A DNA stretch of 64,000 bases, taken from assembly GCA_965216875.1 (NCBI GenBank), contig OZ244207.1:3904001-3968000 (forward strand). Reading direction: 5' to 3'. The notes beneath the pieces are model-generated. The model was not told the origin of the DNA. It did no database searches and was given only the letters and a program-made list of their open reading frames with translations. How positions within the stretch are numbered: position 1 is the first letter of the stretch; each line of letters starts with the position of its first letter. This DNA comes from Rubripirellula sp. (GTDB lineage Bacteria > Planctomycetota > Planctomycetia > Pirellulales > Pirellulaceae). Below are positions 52,484 through 62,700 of the stretch, piece after piece. A program made the position numbers and the translations under genes.

Positions 52484-52664
52484 GTAGTGTTCGTCGTACC
52501 GAGCTTTAGCCGGAATCTTCAGGCAATCCGCCTAAAGGCGGTACTAAAAACGGCGCTGACGACGCACAGAGGCAAGTGAGCCGAACGTACCGCGGTGACG
52601 CCTTGTCACATCGGGACAAAGCAAACAGAATTGCTCGTTGACTGCGAGTGAAACATTCGACCAC

Positions 52665-53489
52665 ATGGAACCAATCACAATGCTTTTCGAAGGCAAAAAG
52701 GGGCTGATCTTTGGCATCGCAAACGACCGCTCCATTGCGGCAGCGATTGCCAAACAACTTCACGCTCAAGGGGCTCAGATGGGATTCACCCATTTGCCCG
52801 ACAGCGATCCGGAACGTCCCAAAATGGCCAAGCGTCTGCAAAAGGTCGTCGGCGATTGGGACCCCGCCTTCATGCTTCCCTGCGACGTCCAGAACGAAGA
52901 ACACCTCGACAAGATCTTCGATACCGCCAAAGAGAAGTTCGGAGAGATCGATTTCATTTTGCACTCGATCGCGTACGCACCCATCGACCAACTGACGATC
53001 CCAACACACGAAGTCAGCAAAGAGGGCTTTTCGCTTTCGATGCAAATCTCGGCTTACAGCTTCGTTCAGCTCGCCCATCGCGCCCAAGCGATCATGTCGC
53101 CCGGCGGATCGATGTTGACGATGACTTACTACGGCGGCGAAATGGCCGTGCCGGGTTACAACATCATGGGCGTTTGCAAAGCGGCTCTGGAAAGCTGCGT
53201 CAAATACCTCGCCGCAGAACTTGGCCCTGCCGGTCTTCGCGTCAACGCGTTGTCAGCCGGCTACATCAAGACGCTCGCTTCGTCCGTCGTCAGTGACTCG
53301 GGCAAGATGGCCGACTTGTACAAAGCGTTTTCGCCTCTGCGACGGGGTGTGGAAGCCGAAGAAGTTGGCAAAGCAGGTATGTTCCTGCTCTCGGACCTCG
53401 CATCGGGCGTCACCGGCGAAAACCTTCACGTCGATTGCGGCTATCACATCGTCGGTGCCCCACCGCCAGAAGTGCTCAACGAACACTAA
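52665..53489 (+). CDS. fabI: Enoyl-ACP reductase
   Basis: [28 protein letters not shown] and RVNALSAG. Start at 52665 or 52680. Confidence 0.95.
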   Translation: MEPITMLFEGKKGLIFGIANDRSIAAAIAKQLHAQGAQMGFTHLPDSDPERPKMAKRLQKVVGDWDPAFMLPCDVQNEEHLDKIFDTAKEKFGEIDFILHSIAYAPIDQLTIPTHEVSKEGFSLSMQISAYSFVQLAHRAQAIMSPGGSMLTMTYYGGEMAVPGYNIMGVCKAALESCVKYLAAELGPAGLRVNALSAGYIKTLASSVVSDSGKMADLYKAFSPLRRGVEAEEVGKAGMFLLSDLASGVTGENLHVDCGYHIVGAPPPEVLNEH

Positions 53490-53503
53490 CGGGTTCGCCT
53501 CTA

Positions 53504-53655
53504 GTGAGCCGAACGCGCTAGCGTCGGGCCGCGTCGGCGCCGGGCCGCGCTAGCTTCCGGCCCTGCAACCAACGCAGCTACGCTCGCCAGAGCGTAGCGA
53601 TGGATGCATCACGAGTGCCGGATCAGCGTCGCTGTCGCTCCTTGATCCGGCCTAC
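53504..53655. repeat. REP mosaic
   Basis: D1 at 53504-53530, a single C arm at about 53575-53598, and inverted B at 53615-53655. Confidence 0.8.
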
Positions 53656-53754
53656 GGCAGGCAAACTTGCACATCTGAGTTGCGGCTCGCCTAAAATGAC
53701 GGGGTCATTGCCCCTGGCTCTCGCGGCCCTTCACTCACGTCGCACCGAGTGTTG

Positions 53755-54519
53755 ATGAGTCTGCCCGTCAATCCGAACCGTTTATCACAGTCGCAGTGTC
53801 GATTGGTCGTTGTCCAAGACCAGTTGCAACCGTGCCCTTACATCGATGGGGTCACAGCGCGGATGCCGTTGCGACTGCCCGTCGGACCGGTGACCGGCCA
53901 AGTGACCGACCGATTGCTCGACATGGGTTTTCGTCGCAGTGGTGACTTCGTCTATCAGACTCAGTGCCCAACCTGCAATCAATGCCGACCAACGCGTGTC
54001 GAAGTCGCCCGGCTGCGAATCACCAAATCAATGCGGCGCGTCCTGTCGCGTGGAAATCGCCAGCTTCGGTGCCAATGGCAAACACCCGAGGTCGATCATC
54101 GGCGTCTGCAACTGTTCAATGAACACCGCTCACAGCGCGGCCTGAGCAACGATGGCAACGAAATCGACCTCGATTCTTATCGTTCCTTTCTCGTCGACAC
54201 CTGCTGCGCGACCCGTGAATTGGCCATCTACCTCGATGGCGAATTGGTCGGGGTCTCCATTGTCGATCTTGGGGACGAAAGCCTTTCCGCCGTCTACACG
54301 CATTTCTCGCAAGACGTCTCGCGGCTCTGCCCTGGAACGTTCGCCATTTTGAAGCAGTTCGAGTTCGCCCGTCAGACGCAGCGGCGGTACGTCTACCTGG
54401 GCATGTACGTAGCCGAAAACAAGCACCTCAACTACAAGGCTCGGTTCATGCCCCAACAGAGGCTGATCGACGGAGAATGGGTCGATTTCGACGAGCAATC
54501 GAAAGTCCAGCAGCTGTAG
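53755..54519 (+). CDS. ate: Arginyltransferase-like / Asp-Glu leucyltransferase (Bpt/ATE family)
   Basis: PCPY, GFRRSG..VY...C..C..C, LSAVY, and YVYLG.YV......YKARF.P. Confidence 0.9.
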   Translation: MSLPVNPNRLSQSQCRLVVVQDQLQPCPYIDGVTARMPLRLPVGPVTGQVTDRLLDMGFRRSGDFVYQTQCPTCNQCRPTRVEVARLRITKSMRRVLSRGNRQLRCQWQTPEVDHRRLQLFNEHRSQRGLSNDGNEIDLDSYRSFLVDTCCATRELAIYLDGELVGVSIVDLGDESLSAVYTHFSQDVSRLCPGTFAILKQFEFARQTQRRYVYLGMYVAENKHLNYKARFMPQQRLIDGEWVDFDEQSKVQQL

Positions 54520-54825
54520 CGTTTTGCGGCAGTGCTGTTCGATTTTGCTGCAGCACGGATTTCGCCCGAGCGTTGGAGATATCGATTTTTCAGTGCCCGT
54601 TCGAATTTCCATCTCCGCCGCCGATCGACGAGACTCCGAGCGGTTTGAACGACGTCGCGACAATCAAACGATCGTAGAAAACGAAATTCTCGCGGTTGTG
54701 CTAGGATGTCTCTCTCTGGACCACGTTTTGCTCGTCAGGCCTGGCTCACGCCTCCTTTTCACTATTCTGATCGGGCCCCAGTGGCCTCGATTCCCGGGTC
54801 GGTCTCTTCAATTGGATCGTTTGAC

Positions 54826-56502
54826 ATGAAAAAGACGGTTGTCGCATTCATCGCTCTCCTTTGTATCGCGGTCACAGGTCACGCCCAGCAGATTGACCGC
54901 CACATTGCGGGCGGCGAGTTTGGTGCCGCGATCCAGGCTGCGAATCAACTTGGTGGCGGCGGTCGCGATCCACTTCTCGCACAAATCGCTTCCGCTCAAA
55001 GCAGCGCTGGCGAAAACGTTGCCGCGGCCGGCACCGTTGCCGGAATCGGCTCGCCCGACGCTCGCAATCAAGCGATCGAGGGAGCTCGCGGCGGTGGCGC
55101 CTTTGCCGATTTCCAGTCGTTGATTGACCTGATCCAAACCACAGTTGTCCCCGATACTTGGGAAGTGCTCGGTGGCCCCAGCACCATGGCGCCCTATCCA
55201 GCAGGTGTCTACGTCGACGCTCAAGGCACGCTGCAAGAATGCGATGCGTTGATCGAATCCGACGCGGTCGCCGAGCTCAAAGCGCTACTGCAACCCAAAG
55301 CCCAGACGACCGAATTCGTTGACCAATGGCGTCAGCCCGCCAAACTGCGATTCGTTTCGCTGAAACGTCTCCTTGCTGAAGTCACACACCACCGGATCAG
55401 CGGCCGCCCGTTACCAGAATCGCTCAATCACATGGCGGGGCTTTCGCGTGTCCAATACCTCTTTGTCGAAGAAGACGACATCGTGATTGCCGGTCCCGTC
55501 GGTGGCATCGAAAACCAACAAGGCTGGTACCGCGATCGCACGAGTGGGCTCAACGCGATGCGTCTCGATTTCTTCCTCACCTCGTTGCAGTCGTCATTGG
55601 CAAATCAACCGTTCGGCTGCACGATCGATCCAACCACCCGCGGACTGCAGCAAGCCGCTACGGTCGCCGCCGCCGTGCAAGCCGACAAAATCCCCATCGG
55701 GAAGGCAGCCGACGAGATGAGCAATGCGTTGGGAATGCAGCGAGTGGAAGTCTTTGGCACTGCCGGTGACACAACGATTGGCTATTTGATGGTCGAAGCC
55801 GACCGCCACATGAAGGAACTTGCCCTGGGAATTCATGACATGCCCGAAGGCGTGCAAAACTACCTGGATATCGTCGATGCCAACATCGCTCGGGGTGTGC
55901 CCAGCGATCTTCTGTTGCGGTTGTGGTTCACCGCCAAACCGCGTGCCGTGCGCACCGATGACGAGGGAACAACCTTCGAAATCGGTGGCTCGCCAATCCA
56001 ACTGAGCGGCCAAAACGAACGTGCCGTTGCTTCGGGCCAACGCGGTCACGTCACCAACGACTTCCGAACACAGGCCTTTGTCGAACAATTCAATCGACAC
56101 TTCGGCGCCATCCGGACCAAGTACCCCGTTTATGCGTCGCTCGAATCGATCTACCGCTCCGCCTCCGTTGCCGAGCTGATGCGTCGACACGCCCAGTCGG
56201 ACCAGCATCGTCAATTGCTTGAACAACTGGCCAGCGATGCAACGACCTTCCCGCAACGTCTTGTAGCGCCCAAGCAGGTGCAATCGATCGCAACGCTCCA
56301 CACCGTCGTTCACGGTCGCAAACGGCACCACGTGGTGCTGGCCAGCGGTGGCGTCGCCGTTAACTCGAGACAAACGCTCGTCTCGCGATTCGAGAACTAC
56401 CCGTCGCTGCAATCGCTCTCGGGCCAGCCTCAGCGATCGCAACCCAAACCAATCCAACGCTGGTGGTGGGACGCGAGTCGCCAAGTGAGCCGAACGCGCT
56501 AG
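54826..56502 (+). CDS. Exported DUF1598-like protein, paralog 2
   Basis: Signal peptide from MKKTVV, AGVYVDA.G, LRFVSL.RL, DIVIAGP, TIDPT, VEADRHMK, and WWWD near the end. Confidence 0.8.
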   Translation: MKKTVVAFIALLCIAVTGHAQQIDRHIAGGEFGAAIQAANQLGGGGRDPLLAQIASAQSSAGENVAAAGTVAGIGSPDARNQAIEGARGGGAFADFQSLIDLIQTTVVPDTWEVLGGPSTMAPYPAGVYVDAQGTLQECDALIESDAVAELKALLQPKAQTTEFVDQWRQPAKLRFVSLKRLLAEVTHHRISGRPLPESLNHMAGLSRVQYLFVEEDDIVIAGPVGGIENQQGWYRDRTSGLNAMRLDFFLTSLQSSLANQPFGCTIDPTTRGLQQAATVAAAVQADKIPIGKAADEMSNALGMQRVEVFGTAGDTTIGYLMVEADRHMKELALGIHDMPEGVQNYLDIVDANIARGVPSDLLLRLWFTAKPRAVRTDDEGTTFEIGGSPIQLSGQNERAVASGQRGHVTNDFRTQAFVEQFNRHFGAIRTKYPVYASLESIYRSASVAELMRRHAQSDQHRQLLEQLASDATTFPQRLVAPKQVQSIATLHTVVHGRKRHHVVLASGGVAVNSRQTLVSRFENYPSLQSLSGQPQRSQPKPIQRWWWDASRQVSRTR

Positions 56503-56816
56503 CGTCGGGCCTTACAAGGACTACGTATCGAATTACCGGCGGCTAGTGCCTTGCCGCTCAACGGTGAGCCGCGATCGCGTAAGCGGCCGGGCCTTAATCG
56601 CCTTCTCACTAGCTGCGCGTCGGCAAGGGCCCGAGGCCTCACGGCCAGAGGCTCACGGGCGCTGCCCAAACCGCTCAACCGTGAGCCGAACGCGCTAGCG
56701 TCGGGCCTTACATTTGCGCCCGCTACTTTCGCGGAGCGAAAGGCGACACTCTTGGCCGCTACACATCCGCTCCCTCTCGGGCTTTAGCACCGACCCTCTC
56801 GCAAGCGGGAGGGTGA
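56485..56816. repeat. Large REP mosaic
   Basis: D1 at 56485-56511, D4 at 56536-56560, D2 at 56564-56593, D3 at 56627-56656, D1 at 56681-56707, H at 56721-56750, and A at 56770-56816. Confidence 0.85.
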
Positions 56817-57205
56817 TTCCCGCGTGAGTTGCTTCCCCAAAAACAACCAACGTGAACCGTTTCTGTCGCGTTCGGACTGTAGGGTTTATGCGGCCAATAG
56901 GTGTTTGGGAAAACGTCGGCTTTCCGCAAACCCTGCTGGTCGGCCCCGCCTCTTCCTTAGTTGCCGGTTAGGGTTCTTCATCGACTTTGGCCGTATGGGT
57001 GTACGGTCTAGGTTGACAAGAGAGGGGGCGAACGGCTGCTGGCAAAGACAGCCGTTAAACACTCAGCGGCCTGCGTCGACGCACGATTGCGTTGACGCGG
57101 CGCTGATGTGCTTTGTTTGCCGCGTTCATCGCGCAGCGGCCCCAAGTGGTAACTCAGACACTTCAGCGATATCTCCAACAGATATCTCAGACACGCGGGG
57201 CAAGC

Positions 57206-59509
57206 ATGAGTCAGGCAAACAGCGAAGCGGTAGAGTCGAACAAAACAAGCAGCGGATTTCGTTGGTCGAATGTCAAATCGACAACCAAGTTCTACATGGT
57301 GTTCGGCGTCGTGATGCTGCTGAACGCATCGGCGTTGTGCCTTTATCACTTCGCTCTTCGTGAAACGAGCCAATCGTTCACGAGCCTGCTCGATGCCGAA
57401 ATCGCGATTCGCGAACACGCGCTTCGTGCCGACGCAGCAATGAAGCTTTGCCGCGAAGAAGAGCTCGAGTTCGTGATCAATCGCGATCCAAAATGGGCCT
57501 CCGAACTGAGCGAGACCACCGAGAACTTGATCTCGCAAATTGAAGGGATCGACGCGGTTGCAAAACGCATCGGTGACAAAGAGTCTCAGGAACGCGCCGC
57601 CAAGGTGTCCGACCAAGTCAACAAATACTCAAACGCATTCAGCGATTTGGCAAAATCGTTCGAGACCAAGGGACTGGACCACAACTCGGGATTGCAAGGT
57701 CAGTTCCGAAGTGCTGTCCACGGACTTGAAAAAGAACTACCGCGTTTTGATGTCGGGTCCCTACACAGCGACCTGCTCAAATTGCTCGCCAACGAAGCGA
57801 AATTCGCACACCTGCGTGACACGCAGACCCGCTCGGCGTTACTCGATTCGATCGAAACCTATCGCCAATCGCTCGAGACCAGCAGCATCGACAGCGGCGC
57901 CAAAGAGGCATCCTTGGCAGCTCTTTCCCGCTACGAATCAGCGATCGACATCTTTCTTGATGACGACGCCTCGAACGACCAATGGGCCTCTTCGAGCGAC
58001 ATCCTCGGGGAAGCGGCGATCGAAATGGAAAACGCGATCGCGAGTGCCAAAGTCGATAAGGCACCTTACCTGCTTCTGATGGTTCGCCGTGCCGAGAAAG
58101 ACTACTTGATGCGAGGCACGCAAAAGTACATCGACAAAACACACAAAGCCGTCGGCAATCTGCGCGGCGCCTTCGCGGCTTCGGATGTCAGCGACCAAGA
58201 CAAGACGTTGATGAACGAGAAACTCGATGCCTACCTGGCTTCGTTCGACGCACTTGTCGCCGAAAACAAGCACATCATTGAGCTTCAACAAACGCTGACC
58301 GACACCGTCCATCAGGCGGAATTGACGCTCGGAGAGATCGTTGATGATTCCAACGCAAAAGTCGCAACGCAAATCGCATCTGTCAGCTCGAAAAAGACAA
58401 CACTCGCCTCGATGGCATTGGTCGTGACACTGGTCAACATTTTGATCGCATCGGCACTGATCACCTTGGTTGTCCGCGCCTTCTGCAACCGCGTGAACGC
58501 CATCGCTAAAGTCGCTGATCAAATGTCGACGGGCGACCTGAACGCACGCTTCAACGTTGACGGCACGGATGAACTTGGTGCACTTGCCGAGTGCTTCAAC
58601 CGCTTCGTTGTTCATGTGCACCAGGTGATCGAAGAGCTGCAAAGTCACGCATCCGCGCTGGCAAATTCGGGTGGCGAACTTTCACGCACTGCCGGCGAGC
58701 TCTCCGAAGGTGCCGACGACACCAGCAAGCGAGCCGAAACCGTTGCGGCGGCCGCCGAACAGATGTCGGTCAGCATCGGATCCATGGGCCAAACAGGCGA
58801 AGAGATCACGCAAAACATTCGCACCGTTGCCGAATCCGCGCAAGAACTCGGCAGCAGCATTGCTGAAATCTCGTCCAACGCCGACAAAGCGTCGGGCGTC
58901 GCTGGACGTGCCGCAAGCCTCGCAACCGAAAGCAACGATCGAATCGCCGCTCTCGATTCGGCAGCCGTCGAGATCGGAAAAGTGGTCGAGGTCATTCAAG
59001 ACATCGCCGAACAAACCAACCTGCTTGCTCTCAATGCCACCATCGAAGCGGCTCGTGCTGGTGACGCCGGCAAAGGCTTCGCTGTGGTCGCAAGCGAAGT
59101 CAAAGAACTGTCACGACAAACCACCGACGCAACCGAGGGCATTCGCAAACGCGTCGAAGGCATTCAAATGTCGTCGACCGAAGCAATCGACTCAATTCGA
59201 ACCGTCAGCGAAGTGATCGCCGAAGCCGACGACCTTTCACGTGCGATCGCAGCGGCTGTCGAACAGCAAAACGCAACGACTCGCGAAGTGGCTCGCAGTG
59301 CCGAGCAAACGTCGATGGCCATGTCCACCATGTCTCGTGGTATTAGCGAAACGGTCGTCGCCGGACAAGAGATCGCAAAGAACATTGCGGGCGTCCACTC
59401 GGTCACTCAAGGTACCGTCTCAGGTGCCAACCAAGCACGTAACGCGAGCTCCGACATGGAAGACCTTGCTCGCTCGCTGCACGGTGTCGTCAGCCAGTTC
59501 AAACTGTAG
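57206..59509 (+). CDS. Methyl-accepting chemotaxis protein with a large helical (HBM-like) sensor
   Basis: Two TM helices, RRAEKDY-type helices, HAMP (DELG.LA..FN), and [31 protein letters not shown]. Confidence 0.95.
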   Translation: MSQANSEAVESNKTSSGFRWSNVKSTTKFYMVFGVVMLLNASALCLYHFALRETSQSFTSLLDAEIAIREHALRADAAMKLCREEELEFVINRDPKWASELSETTENLISQIEGIDAVAKRIGDKESQERAAKVSDQVNKYSNAFSDLAKSFETKGLDHNSGLQGQFRSAVHGLEKELPRFDVGSLHSDLLKLLANEAKFAHLRDTQTRSALLDSIETYRQSLETSSIDSGAKEASLAALSRYESAIDIFLDDDASNDQWASSSDILGEAAIEMENAIASAKVDKAPYLLLMVRRAEKDYLMRGTQKYIDKTHKAVGNLRGAFAASDVSDQDKTLMNEKLDAYLASFDALVAENKHIIELQQTLTDTVHQAELTLGEIVDDSNAKVATQIASVSSKKTTLASMALVVTLVNILIASALITLVVRAFCNRVNAIAKVADQMSTGDLNARFNVDGTDELGALAECFNRFVVHVHQVIEELQSHASALANSGGELSRTAGELSEGADDTSKRAETVAAAAEQMSVSIGSMGQTGEEITQNIRTVAESAQELGSSIAEISSNADKASGVAGRAASLATESNDRIAALDSAAVEIGKVVEVIQDIAEQTNLLALNATIEAARAGDAGKGFAVVASEVKELSRQTTDATEGIRKRVEGIQMSSTEAIDSIRTVSEVIAEADDLSRAIAAAVEQQNATTREVARSAEQTSMAMSTMSRGISETVVAGQEIAKNIAGVHSVTQGTVSGANQARNASSDMEDLARSLHGVVSQFKL

Positions 59510-59579
59510 TCGGCTCAGAGCCTGGCGTACGAGTGCCATGAGGTGAAGTGCTTGCCCAGTTTGACGTGCACTCCATCAA

Positions 59580-59718
59580 TCACCCTCCCGCGTGCGGGAG
59601 GGTCGGACGCAAGGTCCGGGGTGGGATGATGTTGCAAAACAGCCCTCTCCAGGCCTTCATCGCCTTCACCCTAGCTGCGTGTTGGCAAGGGCCCGAGGCC
59701 TCACGGCCAGCGGCTCAC
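59580..59718. repeat. REP mosaic (family A plus D3)
   Basis: A at 59580-59658. The spacer plus D3 arm at 59659-59718 matches 56597-56656. Confidence 0.8.
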
Positions 59719-59765
59719 GAGGACTGGCCGAAACGATTCGAGCAGTTGACTATTCGAGCAGTTGA

Positions 59766-62700
59766 CTATTCGGGCATTTGGTCGCCAAAGTTGTTCCGGA
59801 AGGCGGCGAAATCGAACAGGTTGATCAATTCGTTGCCGTCCTGGTCAAACCCGGCGACGAAATTGGGATCGCTACTTGGGCGGTTGTACGAATTGCGGAA
59901 TTGGGCAAAGTCAAACAAGTCGACGTGCCGGTTGCCGGTGATATCACCGTAGAGCCGGTAGAAATCGTCGACGTGTGATCCGCCCGATGTCCCGTCGCCA
60001 TCACCATCAAAGGCATCTCCGTTTCCATCGCGGATGTGCGTGTCCAGCAGTGTCAACGTGTAGTTGGCGTCAAGCAAGGATCCGTAGGCATCCACCTGAG
60101 CGCCACTAAAGGTAAGCGTTGCAATGGTTTTGCCGTCAACAATCTCGGTGGTTGCGTTCACATCGACGGCCTGATCGTCGCCGTTGCTAAGTTCGAACGC
60201 CCCCGGATCAATTGTTGCTTCGCCATCAAAGTGGACACGAATTTCGCGGACCGTCGATCGCTGCTCTGTTCCGTCATCAATCACCACCTGCTCGACCCCA
60301 AGAGGCCGCGGTGGTGGGGCGAGTGAAATCACGTAGACACCGCCGGCCCGCTCGCTTGCCCCGGTTTCAATTCGCGCGCCAATGGCTAAATCAACCGCAC
60401 CGTCATGGTTGATGTCTCCGATCACGGCGACGCTCGAGCCAAATTGATCCGAAGTGTCCAACGTCGGCATGCCACCAACGCCAGATTCATAGCTCGATGT
60501 TGACGCAACGGTGCCATCCGCATTGAGCGAGAACACATACACTCGGCCCCGCGAGGAGTCGTAGCCGCGCGACCCCACGAGGATCTCTGGCTTGCCATCG
60601 CCGTCCAGGTCGCCTGCGTGGGCAACGCTGTAGCCAAAGTAATCATTGCGTTCGAGGGTCGGGCCGCCGTTGGCTGGATCGATCTTTTGCAATTCGCGAG
60701 CCGATCCGTCCCGATTCATCAGCGCGACGTACACAGCGCCGGCCCAAGGATGGAAAGTAGCGTCACCAACGGAGCCAATCACCATATCTGGAATCGAATC
60801 CCCATCGAGGTCGCCGATACCAGCGACCGATTGGCCAAACGACCAGAAATTCTGAAGTGCGGGGCCGCCACCTGTATTGTTACTAATCAAAGCATGGTCG
60901 TTCACCGTCCCATCAGCATTCATGAATAAGACAAAAACGCCGCCAACGGGGCTACCGTTGTGATAGTGAACGGCCGCCCCGACTGCGAGGTCGGTCACTC
61001 CGTCGTTATTAAGGTCGCCGATGTTCGCAACGGAATCCGCAGTATGCAACAACCCGGCTGCCGTTTCTAAGTTGGACGTCGTCGACGATTTGATCGAACC
61101 GTCAGCATTCATCAACAAGATGTGCAGTGCGTCTCTCGTGCTTTCAACCGTCGCCCCGGACAGGACGGCAAGGTCGGTGACCCCGTCATTGTCAAAGTCA
61201 CCAATATTCGCCACACCACTTCCCAGCATGCTGCTTGCCTCGATCGGCAACGAGCTTGTCGATCCGGTGATGGGAATCGTTGATTTTGCCGTTCCATCCG
61301 CGTTAAGCAACGTGATGAAAACGGCACCAACGTTTTGGTCTGCTCCATCGTCATAGGAGTCTGCGCCGATGACAATGTCGTTGATGCCGTCACCGTCGAA
61401 GTCACCCAGTGGCGCAACCGAGCGACCAAAATTGTCGTTTCGCGCCAACACTGGCCCGCCGCCGGTCTGTTCCGCGATCAATGCCACGTCCTCAATCGTG
61501 CCATCGGTCGGTGAATGAATCTGGACCGCATGGTCTTCCACTTCGCCCGCGTCCGATGGGCCGATCGGTGACTGCGAAGCGACGTCCTGGCCAAGTCGCA
61601 AACGCAAGTAGGATGCCCCGAACACATTGCCTGGGATCGCCGAAAAACTCAGGCTGACGGCCTGAAGCAATGTGCCCGCTGGAACAGCCACCTCGGTTCG
61701 TTCGGTCAATTCGAATTCGCCGTCGCGATTTGCGTCCAACCATCCGTATAGCGTTGCCGCGTTTGCCGTCTGGTTGGTGACCGTGACGGTCACCGCAGGC
61801 GAAGTGCCGGCAGTAAACGAAAGCCCCGGCACGACACTCAAGCCATCTTCATCGCTTGTGGAATGATCAAGGTCATCCGCGGTTGCGGCCGTGTTTTGCA
61901 GGCTCCCATCGTCGCCGTCGATCGCGCGACCAATCACCAAGCCACCCGTTAAGACATGACTTGGCCCGTTGTCTGCGAGCGTCGTTCGGTAGTCGCCAAC
62001 ACCTGTGCCGGATGCGAGGTCGGGCGCATCGCCGTAATCGACGCCTTCGCCAATCGTTGCAAAATTCCAATCGGTCGAATTCAATAACCCCGCAACGGGA
62101 AACCCAGCTGCGTCCTCGATCACGCCGTCATCAAACAGGACGTAGTACTCGGTCTCGGACACCAAGTTGTTCGTCAGGTCAATCGTCAGTGATGTTCCAG
62201 AAACGGTCACTGCCGCGGAATTGACATCGACCGTCTCAACAACGGAATCGTCAGAGGCAAGATGGACGGTAATGTTGCCGCTGCCTTTCTGGGCGGGGTT
62301 ATTCAATGTCAACACCAGCGACGTATCGACCGGCGCAAACCGGGTGCCGTCGACCGGGAACAAACCGGTCACTTCGGGCTCGGGCGTGTCAACATTCAAG
62401 AACCACGAGAATGATTGGCTGCCGAACCTTGCCACCACATCAAGATCGCCATCGAGATCAAAGTCCGCCGCCTCGATCGATGCCAGGTACTCTTCGCCCA
62501 AGGTAATGGGGGTGAATGCGCCACCACCTTCGTTGCGCCAAAATCCGAAAGCCTGACGATCACCGACACCCTCGCCAAGGACATCGAGATCGCCATCGCC
62601 ATCAAGGTCAGCCGTTTCGAAATGGACGCCCCAATCATTGCCCACCGTCATCACGGTGTAATTATTGCTGCCGTCGTTATTGAATAGTTGGGTGCGTGAT

